Part shown: positions 37,160-47,395 of the stretch, piece by piece
Position numbering within the stretch: the stretch's first letter is position 1
Layout: each line of letters starts with the position of its first letter
Source of the DNA: an uncultured Acholeplasmataceae bacterium
Lineage (GTDB): Bacteria; Bacillota_I; Bacilli_A; ML615J-28; CAG-698
DNA length: 64,000 nt
NCBI GenBank assembly: GCA_963542825.1
Contig: CAUTZD010000002.1
Span: 6,326 to 70,325, forward strand
Direction: 5' to 3'
Made by a program: the position numbers and the translations under genes
The notes under the pieces: generated by a model
Database searches by the model: none
What the model saw: only the letters and a program-made list of their open reading frames with translations
Told to the model about the DNA's origin: nothing

Positions 37160-37471
37160 ATGAAAATTAAAAAAGGCGATAAAGTTATCGTTATTTCAGG
37201 AAATGACAAAGGCAAAAAAGGCCAAGTTTTACAAGTGTTGCCTCAAGAAGCTCGCGTAGTTGTTGAAGGCGTTAATATTGTAAAGTGTCATAAAAAACCA
37301 TCAAACAGTCAACCAAACGGGGGTATCCTCAAAAAGGAAGCACCGATCTCTGTTAGTAACGTTGCGATTCTTGATCCTAAAGAAAAGAAAGCAACACGCG
37401 TTGGTTACAAAATTGTTGATGGTAAAAAAGTTAGATTTGCGAAAAAATCTGGAGAGGTTTTGGATAAATAA
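37160..37471 (+). CDS. rplX: 50S ribosomal protein L24
   Basis: [21 protein letters not shown] (KOW motif). Confidence 0.96.
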   Translation: MKIKKGDKVIVISGNDKGKKGQVLQVLPQEARVVVEGVNIVKCHKKPSNSQPNGGILKKEAPISVSNVAILDPKEKKATRVGYKIVDGKKVRFAKKSGEVLDK

Positions 37472-37473
37472 AG

Positions 37474-38013
37474 ATGAATAGAATACAACAAAACTATCAA
37501 AAGAAGATTCGAAAAGAATTACAAAAGACGCTTGGTTTCACTTCAATTATGGAAGTGCCAAAACTTGAAAAGATTACCGTTAATATTGGCTGTGGTGATG
37601 CTATTCAAAACTCTAAGTTAATCGATGCATCAGTTCATGATCTAACAGTTATCACAGGGCAAAAGCCAGTCGTTTGTAAAGCCAAGAAATCAATCGCTAA
37701 CTTCAAGCTTCGTCAAGGCGCAGCTATTGGTTGTAAAGTTGATTTACGTGGTGATAAAATGTATGATTTCTTCGATAAGCTTATTTCGATTTCACTACCT
37801 CGGGTACGTGATTTCCGTGGTTTATCAAAGAACTCATTTGATGGCAGAGGAAACTACACAATGGGAATTAAAGAGCAACTTATTTTTCCAGAGATTGTTT
37901 TCGATGATGTCATCAAAATTCGTGGTATGGATATCGTTATCGTAACCACAGCGAAAAATGATCAGGAAGGATACGAACTCCTAAAAGCTTTAGGCGTTCC
38001 GTTCCGTAAATAA
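37474..38013 (+). CDS. rplE: 50S ribosomal protein L5
   Basis: [25 protein letters not shown] motif. Confidence 0.97.
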   Translation: MNRIQQNYQKKIRKELQKTLGFTSIMEVPKLEKITVNIGCGDAIQNSKLIDASVHDLTVITGQKPVVCKAKKSIANFKLRQGAAIGCKVDLRGDKMYDFFDKLISISLPRVRDFRGLSKNSFDGRGNYTMGIKEQLIFPEIVFDDVIKIRGMDIVIVTTAKNDQEGYELLKALGVPFRK

Positions 38014-38022
38014 GGAGGACCT

Positions 38023-38208
38023 ATGGCTAAGAAGTCACAAGTAATTAGATGTAAGCGCGGAAGCAAATTTGAAGTTCGTAATTACACACGTTGTGAACGT
38101 TGTGGTCGTCCTCACGCGATTTTTCGCAAGTTCAAAATTTGTCGTATTTGTTTTAGAGAACTCGCCCATAGAGGACAAATACCTGGCGTGCGCAAGGCGA
38201 GTTGGTAA
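38023..38208 (+). CDS. rpsN: 30S ribosomal protein S14 type Z (zinc-binding, 61 aa)
   Basis: CERCGRP...CRICFRE Cys pairs and the short form typical of Bacillota. Confidence 0.96.
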   Translation: MAKKSQVIRCKRGSKFEVRNYTRCERCGRPHAIFRKFKICRICFRELAHRGQIPGVRKASW

Positions 38209-38219
38209 GGAGGCTTAAT

Positions 38220-38618
38220 ATGGGAATGACAGATCCAATTGCTGATCTTTTAACGAGAATTAGAAATGCTAATCATATGAAGCATCCTAATGTCGAAATT
38301 CCAGCATCAAAGATGAAACTTGAAATCTTAAAAGTTATGAGAGCGGAAGGTTTTATCGGAAAAGTAGAATACAAAAAAGACAAAAAACAAGGAATGATTA
38401 CCGTAAATTTAAATTATACGGAAGAACGCGAACGCGTTATTCATGGAATTAGAAGAATTTCTAAACCAGGCTTACGCGTTTATGCTGGTTCAAACGATGT
38501 TCCGAAAGTACTAAATGGCTTAGGAATTGCTATCATTTCAACTTCACAAGGAGTGATGACTGATCGTGATGCTCGCAAGAAGAACATTGGCGGTGAAGTT
38601 ATCGCCTATGTTTGGTAG
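38220..38618 (+). CDS. rpsH: 30S ribosomal protein S8
   Basis: [18 protein letters not shown] at 38220 after an AAGGAGG SD. The ORF-track start was trimmed. Confidence 0.96.
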   Translation: MGMTDPIADLLTRIRNANHMKHPNVEIPASKMKLEILKVMRAEGFIGKVEYKKDKKQGMITVNLNYTEERERVIHGIRRISKPGLRVYAGSNDVPKVLNGLGIAIISTSQGVMTDRDARKKNIGGEVIAYVW

Positions 38619-38626
38619 GTGTTAAA

Positions 38627-39172
38627 ATGTCACGATTAGGAAGAAAACCAATTATGATTCCTGAAGGCGTTACAGTTACTATAACTGGTAATACTGTTAC
38701 TGCTAAAGGACCAATGGGTGAAAATAGTTTTACTTTTCGTTCACCAATCAAAGTTGAATTAAAAGACAACCAGCTAGTAGTTACAAGACCCGATAATGAA
38801 ATCTTTAATCGCTCACTACACGGGACGACAAGAAGCGTTTTAAATAACTTAGTAGTTGGTGTTAAGGAAGGGTTTATTAAGACATTAATTACCGAGGGTG
38901 TTGGTTACCATTTTCAACTAGCAAACGATAAAATCAGCGTTTTCGCAGGTTATGCTAAACCTTTTGAACTCAAGTATCCAAAAGGCATTAAGATTGAAAA
39001 TCGTAATCCTAATAACCCGAATGAAATTACAATCGTTGGTTATGACCGACAAGTCGTTGGACAATTTGCTAGCGAAATTAGAGCTGTCAGAAAACCTGAA
39101 CCATATCTAGGTAAAGGAATTCGTTATAGCGATGAAATTATTCGTCGCAAAGTCGGAAAGGTTGCTAAGTAA
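38627..39172 (+). CDS. rplF: 50S ribosomal protein L6
   Basis: MSRLGRKPI N-terminus. The ORF-track start was trimmed. Confidence 0.96.
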   Translation: MSRLGRKPIMIPEGVTVTITGNTVTAKGPMGENSFTFRSPIKVELKDNQLVVTRPDNEIFNRSLHGTTRSVLNNLVVGVKEGFIKTLITEGVGYHFQLANDKISVFAGYAKPFELKYPKGIKIENRNPNNPNEITIVGYDRQVVGQFASEIRAVRKPEPYLGKGIRYSDEIIRRKVGKVAK

Positions 39173-39181
39173 GGAGGAAGT

Positions 39182-39544
39182 ATGGCTAAAATTAAATCTC
39201 GTAACGATCAAAGAAAACTTCGCCATTTACGCTTACGACAAACAATCAGCGGGACGAAGAAAGTTCCAAGACTTTGTGTATATCGTTCTAATTTACACAT
39301 TTATGCACAGCTTATTGATGATGAGAAGCGGGTAACACTTGCCTCTGCATCAACTCTTGATAAGAGCTTAAAACTCAAGACAACATCAAACGTTTTAGCA
39401 GCGAAAGCTGTTGGAACTAAAATAGCAGAGAAAGCACTTGAGAAAAAGATTAAGAAGGTTGTGTTCGACCGTGGTGGTAATTTATATCATGGGCGCGTTA
39501 AAGCTTTAGCAGAAGCAGCTCGTGAGAAAGGCTTAGAATTTTAA
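39182..39544 (+). CDS. rplR: 50S ribosomal protein L18
   Basis: [18 protein letters not shown] and [21 protein letters not shown]. Confidence 0.96.
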   Translation: MAKIKSRNDQRKLRHLRLRQTISGTKKVPRLCVYRSNLHIYAQLIDDEKRVTLASASTLDKSLKLKTTSNVLAAKAVGTKIAEKALEKKIKKVVFDRGGNLYHGRVKALAEAAREKGLEF

Positions 39545-39553
39545 GGAGGCAAT

Positions 39554-40078
39554 ATGGCAAAAGATGTATTGAACGTTGAAAAAGAACGTAATCAACAAGA
39601 TCTTGGTTTAGAAGAACGTGTTGTTTGTGTTAACCATATTGCTAAAGTAGTTAAAGGTGGACGTCGTTATCGTTTTAATGCGGTCGTCGTTGTTGGTAAC
39701 AGAAGCGGTAAAATCGGTTTAGGAACTGGCAAGGCTGTCGAAGTTCCAGATGCTATTAAGAAAGCCGTTGAAGATGCGAAAAAACATTTAATTACAGTTC
39801 CCGTAATTGAAACAACAATTCCTCACGAAATCACTGGTGTATATGGTGGTGGAAAAGTTTTCCTTCGCCCAGCACCTCTTGGTACAGGAATTATTGCCGG
39901 TGGTGCCGTGCGGTCGGTTGTTGAATTATGTGGAATTGAAAACATTGCCAGTAAATCACTTGGCTCTAAGAGTGCTATCAACGTTGTTCGTGCAACAATT
40001 GATGGTTTAAAACAACTTAGAACTGTCGATGTTATCGCAAAATTAAGAAATAAAAAACCTGAGGAGATTGTTAAATAA
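39554..40078 (+). CDS. rpsE: 30S ribosomal protein S5
   Basis: [24 protein letters not shown] and [11 protein letters not shown]. Confidence 0.97.
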   Translation: MAKDVLNVEKERNQQDLGLEERVVCVNHIAKVVKGGRRYRFNAVVVVGNRSGKIGLGTGKAVEVPDAIKKAVEDAKKHLITVPVIETTIPHEITGVYGGGKVFLRPAPLGTGIIAGGAVRSVVELCGIENIASKSLGSKSAINVVRATIDGLKQLRTVDVIAKLRNKKPEEIVK

Positions 40079-40461
40079 TGGCAGAAACAAAAACACCTGC
40101 TGTTAAGAAAACAGCGACTAAGTCAGCAGCCGTTAAAAAGACGCCTGTTGAAAAGACTCCTCTTAAAAAAGAGGCTACGGTAAAAGCTAGTGCTCCTAAA
40201 GAGAAAAAAGCTCCGGCGCCTAAAAAGGCAGTGGAAACAAAAGCTTCTGTAAAAGAAGCAGTAGCTTCTAAAAAACCTGTAGCTAAAAAAGGAAATTTGA
40301 AAATAAAACTTATCAAAGGATTATCTGGGCGTAAACCTAGCCAAGTAAAAACTTTAAAAGCGTTAGGATTATACAAGATTAATCAAGTCGTTAGTAAACC
40401 AGACAACGAGGCGATTCGCGGAATGATTAAAACTGTCGAGCATCTCGTTGAACTAGTATAG
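40078..40461 (+). CDS. rpmD: 50S ribosomal protein L30 with a 73-aa Lys/Ala/Pro/Thr-rich N-terminal extension
   Basis: The C-terminal 54 aa ([24 protein letters not shown]...) are canonical L30. The ATG overlaps the rpsE stop (TAATG). An alternative internal TTG lies at 40297. Confidence 0.85.
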   Translation: MAETKTPAVKKTATKSAAVKKTPVEKTPLKKEATVKASAPKEKKAPAPKKAVETKASVKEAVASKKPVAKKGNLKIKLIKGLSGRKPSQVKTLKALGLYKINQVVSKPDNEAIRGMIKTVEHLVELV

Positions 40462-40471
40462 GAGGTTTAAA

Positions 40472-40909
40472 GTGGAACTTCATAATTTAAAACCAGGAAA
40501 AGGAACTGCTGACCGCAAACGTGTTGGTCGTGGTTCATCTAGCGGACACGGTAAAACTTCTGGACGTGGTAGTAACGGGCAAGGACAAAGAAGCGGAGGT
40601 AAAAAAGCTCCCGGATTTGAAGGTGGACAAACACCACTTTTCAAGCGTTTGCCAAAACGTGGATTCACAAACATTCATGAAAATGTTTATGCGATTGTCA
40701 ATGTTGAAAAACTTAATGCTTTTAAACAAGGAACACTTGTTAATCGTGAAGCTTTGATTGAAAAAGGCTTCATTAAGAAAGCTGACGAACTTGTCAAAAT
40801 TTTAGGACAAGGTGAATTAAAAGTTGAATTAACAGTTAAAGCAAACAAATTCTCGAAAACAGCGGAAAAGGCTATCAAAAAAGCCGGCGGAAAAATCGAG
40901 GTAATTTAG
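40472..40909 (+). CDS. rplO: 50S ribosomal protein L15
   Basis: LHNLKPGKG...[20 protein letters not shown] start after an AGGAGG SD. Confidence 0.96.
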   Translation: MELHNLKPGKGTADRKRVGRGSSSGHGKTSGRGSNGQGQRSGGKKAPGFEGGQTPLFKRLPKRGFTNIHENVYAIVNVEKLNAFKQGTLVNREALIEKGFIKKADELVKILGQGELKVELTVKANKFSKTAEKAIKKAGGKIEVI

Positions 40910-40910
40910 A

Positions 40911-42290
40911 ATGCCAAAAGCAAAAATCAAGCACCCTGGTTTGATTACAAGAAAACTAGGTGGTCAAAGGTTATGGTTAATGATAATTATAACTTTTGCT
41001 TTGCTCTTAGTTTTTCGAGTAGGTTCTTTCATTACCCTACCACTTATCAACACGCGGGTACTTACGAACACTAACTTTGGAAAAGCCTTTGGTTTTCTCG
41101 ATATTTTTTCAGGTGGTGCGTTAGGTCGGTTTAGTGTTCTAGCGCTTGGTATCGGGCCATACATCACCGCTACAATCGTTACACAGCTTCTAGAAATGGA
41201 TGTTATTCCTAAACTTAAAGAGTGGCGAGAGGAAGGCGAAAGCGGTCGTAAAAAGATTTCCGATCTTAATAAGTATATTGCTTTAGGACTTGCTTTTCTT
41301 CAGGCCCTCTTGTTAACTTTAGGTATCAAAGTACAATATGGAAACGGGATTATTAAGCCAAAAGTTGCTGATCCTTCGTTCTTTATGTTTGTTTACTTAG
41401 CTTTAGTAGCTACTGCGGGCACAGCTTTCTCAATTTGGCTAGCTGAAAAGATTACCGCTCACGGCGTTGGTAATGGAACAAGTTTATTAATCGTTACTGG
41501 AATTCTTTCAGCTTTCCCAGAAATGATTATGGGTCTTGTTAATAACCTATTAAAGGAACAAAAGACAAAAAACAGTGCTGGCAAAGAAGTTATTACAAAG
41601 GTAACAGCTGGAAACATCGTTTTGTTTGTTGCTTGTATTCTCCTTCTTATTGGCATCGTTATTGCTGTTTGTTTCATGGAACGTAGTCAAAGAAAGATTC
41701 CTGTACAGTACGCTAACCGTCCAGCACAGCAAGCTTTCCAAGGTAAAGGTGATTCAAATATTCCAATTAAACTCAACACACCATCAGTTATCCCTGTTAT
41801 CTTTGCAGGTACAATCATGAGCCTTCCAACAACCGTTGTGCAAGTCTCAGGCGGTGATTCAAGCACTTGGGGAAAAACAATTCTCAATATTTTCTCACCA
41901 TCAAAACCAATTGGCTTTTGTGTATATGTTGTTTTAATTGTAATATTCTGTTTCTTCTATGGCTTCATGCAAATAAATCCTGACAATATGGCAAAAGATC
42001 TTCAAAAACAAAACGGTTTCATCCCTGGTGTACGTCCAGGTGAAGAAACAGCTAGCTACATTTCAAGAGTACTATTTAAAGTGACTGTTCTCGGGGCAAC
42101 ATACCTTGTTATTCTTGCCTCTTTACCAATTATTTTTGGCTGGATTTTCCCAAAAACTCAGTCATTACAACTTGGTGGCACGGGACTGATTATCGTTGTT
42201 GGTGTAGCTATTGAAACAGTAAAACAACTCTTTCAAAAGAACCAAGATCTTCAATATACAGGCTTTAGTAGAGGATACATTCCTAAATGA
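40911..42290 (+). CDS. secY: preprotein translocase subunit SecY
   Basis: 10-TM protein with LGIGPYITATIVTQLL and position after rplO. Confidence 0.96.
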   Translation: MPKAKIKHPGLITRKLGGQRLWLMIIITFALLLVFRVGSFITLPLINTRVLTNTNFGKAFGFLDIFSGGALGRFSVLALGIGPYITATIVTQLLEMDVIPKLKEWREEGESGRKKISDLNKYIALGLAFLQALLLTLGIKVQYGNGIIKPKVADPSFFMFVYLALVATAGTAFSIWLAEKITAHGVGNGTSLLIVTGILSAFPEMIMGLVNNLLKEQKTKNSAGKEVITKVTAGNIVLFVACILLLIGIVIAVCFMERSQRKIPVQYANRPAQQAFQGKGDSNIPIKLNTPSVIPVIFAGTIMSLPTTVVQVSGGDSSTWGKTILNIFSPSKPIGFCVYVVLIVIFCFFYGFMQINPDNMAKDLQKQNGFIPGVRPGEETASYISRVLFKVTVLGATYLVILASLPIIFGWIFPKTQSLQLGGTGLIIVVGVAIETVKQLFQKNQDLQYTGFSRGYIPK

Positions 42291-42940
42291 GATTATTAAT
42301 TATGGGTCAGCCAGGTGCCGGAAAAGGCACCCAGGCTGCCTTAATCAAAAACTTTTTTGGTATCGAGCATATTTCAACTGGTGATATGTTTCGTGAGGCA
42401 ATTTCTGGAAAAACAAAGCTTGGTCTTGAGGCCCAAGGTTATATAGCTAAAGGCGAACTTGTTCCCGATAGCTTAACAATGAAGCTTGTTGAGGAGCGCT
42501 TGGGGCGTGGTGATTTAAACGCGAAAGGATTTTTACTTGATGGGTTTCCAAGAAACGTTAAGCAAGCTGAATTTCTCGATGGCCTTTTGATGCGTTTGCA
42601 TCTTGAACTTGATTTAGTTATCAACATTAATGTTAACGAAGAAATCTTAGTTTCTCGGATTACCGGTAGAAGAGTTTGTAGCAGTTGTCAATCAGTTTAT
42701 CATATCGAAACTTTGAAGCCAAAAACGGAAAATGTTTGTGATAAATGTCAAGGTAAACTCATCCAAAGAAAAGATGATGAAGAAACAATCATTAGAAACC
42801 GGCTCAAGGTTTACAAAGAAAATACCTATCCTTTACTCAAGTTTTATGAAGATAAAAAACTTTTAAAAACTTTTGACGGCAGTAAAGATGTTGATAGTGT
42901 ATTTAAAGATATTAAAGATGCCCTAAGGGGTTTACAATGA
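42287..42940 (+). CDS. adk: adenylate kinase (zinc-lid type)
   Basis: P-loop GQPGAGKGTQ and lid CSSC...CDKC. Confidence 0.96.
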   Translation: MRLLIMGQPGAGKGTQAALIKNFFGIEHISTGDMFREAISGKTKLGLEAQGYIAKGELVPDSLTMKLVEERLGRGDLNAKGFLLDGFPRNVKQAEFLDGLLMRLHLELDLVININVNEEILVSRITGRRVCSSCQSVYHIETLKPKTENVCDKCQGKLIQRKDDEETIIRNRLKVYKENTYPLLKFYEDKKLLKTFDGSKDVDSVFKDIKDALRGLQ

Positions 42941-43707
42941 TTATTATTAAATCAGAACGTGAAATCGAAATCATGAAAGAGGCGGGGCGAATTACCCACG
43001 TTGCTTTGATGGAAACAGCTAAGCATATTAAGCCAGGCGTTTCCACATATGATTTGGATAAAATTGCTGAACAAACAATTTTAAAAATGGGGGCGACACC
43101 AGGATTCAAAGGTTATCAAGGATTCCCGGGGTCTATTTGTAGTTCAGTGAATGAAGAAATTTTACATGGAATTCCTAGTAAAAAGAAAATTTTAAAAAGT
43201 GGTGATATTTTAAAAATCGATATTGGTGCTTATTATCGTGGTTATCATGGTGATTGCGCCCGGACGTTTGTTGTTGGAACTACAACAAAAGAAAATGAAG
43301 ATTTAATTAAAGTGTGTGAGGAAAGTTTTTGGGTAGGTGCCCGCGAGGTTAAGCCTGGCGCAAGACTCTCAAACATTGGTCATGCAATCGAAGAGTTTGT
43401 TTTGAGCCACGGTTATTCTTTAATCAAAGAATATACCGGTCACGGTGTTGGACAAGCGCTCCATGAAGATCCAAGTATTCCGAATTATGGCAAGCCAAAC
43501 GAAGGACCAGTTCTCAAAGAAGGAATGGTTTTAGCAATCGAACCAATGATTGCAACGAAATCAAACCGCATCCTTTTAGATAGAGATGACTGGACGGTGA
43601 GAATGGCAGACAAAGGAATTGGTGCTCATTACGAAAACACTTTAGCAATCACAAAAGACGGATTCATTATATTAACCACAGGAGGCGAAGAAGTTGTCAA
43701 AAAGTGA
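42937..43707 (+). CDS. map: type I methionine aminopeptidase
   Basis: Metal ligands in [18 protein letters not shown] and LAIEP contexts. Confidence 0.95.
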   Translation: MIIIKSEREIEIMKEAGRITHVALMETAKHIKPGVSTYDLDKIAEQTILKMGATPGFKGYQGFPGSICSSVNEEILHGIPSKKKILKSGDILKIDIGAYYRGYHGDCARTFVVGTTTKENEDLIKVCEESFWVGAREVKPGARLSNIGHAIEEFVLSHGYSLIKEYTGHGVGQALHEDPSIPNYGKPNEGPVLKEGMVLAIEPMIATKSNRILLDRDDWTVRMADKGIGAHYENTLAITKDGFIILTTGGEEVVKK

Positions 43708-43912
43708 CATTATCGAATTAAAGGGAACAGTTATTGATGCTTTACCAAATACGATTTTCATCGTAGAGCTCGAAAATAAACATCAAATCACGGCCCACGT
43801 TTCTGGTAAAATACGTATGCACTCCATTAACATTTTACCAGGCGACAAAGTAACTGTTGAACTATCACCATATGACTTAACACGTGGCCGCATTACTTAT
43901 CGATATAAGTAG
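43694..43912 (+). CDS. infA: translation initiation factor IF-1
   Basis: 72-aa S1-fold protein with [17 protein letters not shown] and [18 protein letters not shown] start. Confidence 0.95.
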   Translation: MSKSDIIELKGTVIDALPNTIFIVELENKHQITAHVSGKIRMHSINILPGDKVTVELSPYDLTRGRITYRYK

Positions 43913-43927
43913 AAAGAGAGGAATAAA

Positions 43928-44041
43928 GTGAAGGTTAGACCATCAGTTAAACCGATTTGCGATCAATGCAAAGTAATAAAACGTAAAGGGTGTGTTATGG
44001 TGATTTGTAATAATCCCAAACACAAACAACGTCAAGGATAA
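43928..44041 (+). CDS. rpmJ: 50S ribosomal protein L36
   Basis: Hand-translated; too short for the ORF track: (GTG)[46 protein letters not shown] upstream. Confidence 0.93.
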   Translation: MKVRPSVKPICDQCKVIKRKGCVMVICNNPKHKQRQG

Positions 44042-44059
44042 GGAAAGGAAAAATAAACA

Positions 44060-44425
44060 ATGGCGAGAATTGCGGGAGTAGATATCCCTAAAGATAAACG
44101 CGTAGTCATTAGTTTGACTTATATTTTTGGTATCGGAAGAACATTAGCTTTAAAGATTTGTAAGCTAGCTAAGGTTTCTCCAGATAAACGCGTCAAAGAT
44201 TTAACCGATCAAGAATTTTTAAACATTCGGCAACAAGTTGCCAAGTATAAAGTTGAAGGAGATCTAAGACGTGAGGAAACATTAAACATTAAGAGATTAA
44301 TGGAAATTGGTAGTTATAGGGGAATTAGGCACCGTAAGGGTTTACCAGTTCGTGGCCAAAGAACCCAAACCAACGCCCGGACAAGAAAGGGTCCAGCTAA
44401 GACAATAGCGAACAAGAAGGCATAA
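44060..44425 (+). CDS. rpsM: 30S ribosomal protein S13
   Basis: [10 protein letters not shown] and [19 protein letters not shown]. Confidence 0.97.
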   Translation: MARIAGVDIPKDKRVVISLTYIFGIGRTLALKICKLAKVSPDKRVKDLTDQEFLNIRQQVAKYKVEGDLRREETLNIKRLMEIGSYRGIRHRKGLPVRGQRTQTNARTRKGPAKTIANKKA

Positions 44426-44427
44426 TT

Positions 44428-44814
44428 ATGGCAAAAGCAAAGACAAGAAAAAGAAAAGTTAAGAAGAATATTCCTTTAGGAATAGCTCATATTCATTCAA
44501 CATTTAATAATACTGTTGTCACTATTACTGACCCTGAAGGCAACGCTGTTGCTTGGTCTAGTGCTGGTGCTTTAGGCTTCAAAGGTAGCAAAAAATCAAC
44601 ACCATTTGCAGCGCAGATGGCAAGCGAAGCTTGTGCTAAAGCTGTTTTAGAATACGGAATGCAAAAAGTTAAAGTATCAGTTAAAGGACCTGGTCCTGGT
44701 CGCGATGCAGCAATCAAGACACTACAAATCACAGGGTTACAAATCACAGAAATCAGTGATGTTACACCTGTTCCCCATAACGGATGTCGTCCACCAAAAC
44801 GACCAAGAGGATAA
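44428..44814 (+). CDS. rpsK: 30S ribosomal protein S11
   Basis: [18 protein letters not shown] and [12 protein letters not shown]. Confidence 0.97.
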   Translation: MAKAKTRKRKVKKNIPLGIAHIHSTFNNTVVTITDPEGNAVAWSSAGALGFKGSKKSTPFAAQMASEACAKAVLEYGMQKVKVSVKGPGPGRDAAIKTLQITGLQITEISDVTPVPHNGCRPPKRPRG

Positions 44815-44851
44815 TTTTTTGAATACTATTTATGACGATTGGAGGTAATAG

Positions 44852-45856
44852 ATGGCTAAACTAGAATCATTAAAACCCCAAGTTAAAGTATCGGAAACTC
44901 CAGAAACAAACTATGCGAAGTTTACAATCACGGGGCTTCCTAGAGGTTTTGCCCAGACTTTAGGCAATTCCTTAAGACGAGTACTTTTATCTTCAATACC
45001 AGGAGTCGCATTTTCGGCTGTCGAAATCGACGGAGCACTACACGAGTTTACCGCTCTTGATGGCGTTTATGAAGATGTTACTCAAATTATTCTTAATCTT
45101 AAAAAAGTTGTTTTAGTTATCGATAACGACAAACTTTTTAAGGTTAACAGTAAACCGGTAAAAGAAGAACTATACGTATTTGAAATCGATCACAAAGGCA
45201 AAGGTGAAATCAAAGCCAAGGACTTAAAACATTCAAGTGAAATTAGGATTATTAATCCTGAAGAGCACATTGCCACCGTTAGCGATGGAGGACACTTCAA
45301 ATGTTTCCTTTTTGCAAGACGAGGGATTGGTTATGTTGGAGCAAACGACAACAAAATATTTTGCGAAGACATTGGTGGCAACATCATCACAGGCCGGATT
45401 GCAATCGATTCAATCTTTACACCAGTTATACGCTGCCGATACGACTGCTTGAAGGAAAATAACCTTAACGGTCAAGAAACTGATAAGCTCGTGCTTGAAG
45501 TTCGGACAAACGGTAGTATTAAACCAACTGATGCTTTAAGTTTAGCTTCGAAATTTTTAGATGATCATTTTGCTGTTTTGAAAGAAGCAGTAAATGAAGA
45601 TATGCAAAACATCTTCACTTTCCAGAAAGGGACTCCTAAAGTTGATAAACGCTTAGAAATTGAACTTGAAACTTTGGATTTCTCTTTGAGAACTAGTAAC
45701 TGTTTTAAGGCAGCAGAACTTGTAACGGTTGGTGATCTTTTAAAATATTCCGAAGAAGATTTAAAAAAGCTTCGAAACTTAGGTGATATTTCAATCAGCG
45801 AAATCAAAGAAAAACTAAGTAATATGAACTTATCGCTAGCTAGCGATAAAAAATAA
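44852..45856 (+). CDS. rpoA: DNA-directed RNA polymerase alpha subunit, copy 1 (canonical operon position)
   Basis: NTD motifs TLGNSLRRVLLSSIPG, IDGALHEF..GVYEDVTQIILNLKK and INPEEHIATV. The C-terminal HhH-like domain is present but degenerate (LDFSLRTSNCFKA). Confidence 0.88.
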   Translation: MAKLESLKPQVKVSETPETNYAKFTITGLPRGFAQTLGNSLRRVLLSSIPGVAFSAVEIDGALHEFTALDGVYEDVTQIILNLKKVVLVIDNDKLFKVNSKPVKEELYVFEIDHKGKGEIKAKDLKHSSEIRIINPEEHIATVSDGGHFKCFLFARRGIGYVGANDNKIFCEDIGGNIITGRIAIDSIFTPVIRCRYDCLKENNLNGQETDKLVLEVRTNGSIKPTDALSLASKFLDDHFAVLKEAVNEDMQNIFTFQKGTPKVDKRLEIELETLDFSLRTSNCFKAAELVTVGDLLKYSEEDLKKLRNLGDISISEIKEKLSNMNLSLASDKK

Positions 45857-45877
45857 TAAGAAAGGACAAGAAGAAAT

Positions 45878-46243
45878 ATGTCACTTTATAAAAGACTTGG
45901 TCGTAACCAAGCACAAAGAAAAGCACTCTTCAAAGATTTGATTACCGATTTGATTTTAAATAACCAAATCGTGACAACACTTGCGAAAGCCAAAGAGTTA
46001 AAACCACTTGCTGATAAAATGGTAACTTTAGGCAAAAAGCAAACTTTAGCGGCTCGTAGGCAAGCAGCAGAGACGATACGCTTTGAAGAAAACGAAAAAG
46101 GTGAAACTGCTCTAAAAATTTTATTTGATGATTTGGCTAAACGGTTTAAGAAACGTAATGGCGGTTATACCCGAGTTTTACGGATGGAACCACGCCAAGG
46201 AGACAGTGCTCCTATGGCTCTCATCATGTTTGTTGAGAAATAA
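45878..46243 (+). CDS. rplQ: 50S ribosomal protein L17
   Basis: YKRLGRNQAQRKALFKDL and GGYTRVLRMEPRQGD. Confidence 0.96.
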   Translation: MSLYKRLGRNQAQRKALFKDLITDLILNNQIVTTLAKAKELKPLADKMVTLGKKQTLAARRQAAETIRFEENEKGETALKILFDDLAKRFKKRNGGYTRVLRMEPRQGDSAPMALIMFVEK

Positions 46244-46257
46244 AAGGGGAAATAAAT

Positions 46258-47283
46258 TTGCGGAAATTTGAGTTTATTAAACCAGTATTAAATGGTGATA
46301 TCAATCCTAGCATTAACTATGGTAAGTTTACTTTGAATAAACTAGAACGCGGTTATGGGATTACTTTAGGCAACGCCTTAAGACGGATTATGTTATCATC
46401 GTTTCCCGGAATTGCAGTTGTTGGCGTTAAAATTAATAATATCGAGGCTCCACATCTACCAATTCCTAACTGTGAAGATTCGCTCATTAAACTTATTTTA
46501 AATTTAAAGGAATTAGTCGTTAAAGGCGAGATTGCGAAAAACGATATCGTTAAAGTAACGATTGAAAAACAAGTAGGAGACCTTCATGCTTTTGATATCA
46601 AAATGCCTGATGGACTTGAGATTATTAATCTTGATTTAAAACTTTTAACAGTTTTAAAAGGTAAAATAACTTTTGATATTTTCTTAAAGAAACTCGAGGG
46701 ATATCAAACTGAAAACGAAGTAAAGAGTTATTTGAAAAATCTTGGAAGCGACGTTTATCCTATTGATGCTTCTTTTACACCGATTAAGCGGTGCCGGTAC
46801 ACAGTTGATAAAGCCCGAGTTGGTGATAATACTGACTATGACCTTTTAACGCTCGAAGTGTGGACTGATGGTTCTGTTACCCCTCAAGAGGCGGTTGCTA
46901 AAGCAGCCGATGTTGCTACAGAATCGCTTTTAGTTCTTGAAGCCTTAAATAAAGACATTAGTAGTCAGTACTATTTATACGAACTTGAAGAACAAAAGGT
47001 TGATAAGCGCCTATTCAAGAAAATCGAAGATCTTGATCTATCAGTAAGATCTTATAACTGCTTAAAAAAAGAAAGTATTCTTACAGTTGGTGATTTGATT
47101 CTCAAAACTGAAGCCGAATTAAGACGCATCGATAATATGGGAACAAAATCAGTTGCGGAAATTATTGACGTTTTAAAGAGCCACGGTTTAGAACTAAAAC
47201 CATCCGCTGATAGTTTAATTCCTAACAATTTAGAAAATGAAAAAATTGCTCAGCCTTCAGAACTAGCTGAAAAGAAAAAATAG
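46258..47283 (+). CDS. RNA polymerase alpha subunit paralog, copy 2 (full-length NTD plus canonical CTD)
   Basis: TTG start with AAAGGGGA 7 nt upstream. LERGYGITLGNALRRIMLSSFPG, RVGDNTDYDLLTLEVWTDGS and CTD LDLSVRSYNCLKK..TVGDL..NMGTKSVAEI. Confidence 0.8.
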   Translation: MRKFEFIKPVLNGDINPSINYGKFTLNKLERGYGITLGNALRRIMLSSFPGIAVVGVKINNIEAPHLPIPNCEDSLIKLILNLKELVVKGEIAKNDIVKVTIEKQVGDLHAFDIKMPDGLEIINLDLKLLTVLKGKITFDIFLKKLEGYQTENEVKSYLKNLGSDVYPIDASFTPIKRCRYTVDKARVGDNTDYDLLTLEVWTDGSVTPQEAVAKAADVATESLLVLEALNKDISSQYYLYELEEQKVDKRLFKKIEDLDLSVRSYNCLKKESILTVGDLILKTEAELRRIDNMGTKSVAEIIDVLKSHGLELKPSADSLIPNNLENEKIAQPSELAEKKK

Positions 47284-47290
47284 TAAATAA

Positions 47291-47314
47291 AAAAAGGGGC
47301 AAAAGCCCCTTTTT
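47291..47314 (+). terminator. rho-independent terminator closing the ribosomal/alpha cluster
   Basis: GGGGC-AAAA-GCCCC followed by TTTTT. Confidence 0.85.
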
Positions 47315-47395
47315 AAGTTGTTAGTTTTCCTTGCTCCTATTTTTTAGTTTTAAGAAAAATTGAAAAATAGAGTATAATAATTCTTGGTGGTAGCA

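Noticed and set aside
40071-40376. 101-aa minus-strand ORF opposite the L30 extension
   Set aside because: It is the mirror image of the Lys/Ala-rich codon repeats (GCT/AAA read backwards gives Phe/Leu/Ala/Gly-rich text). It has no start context.
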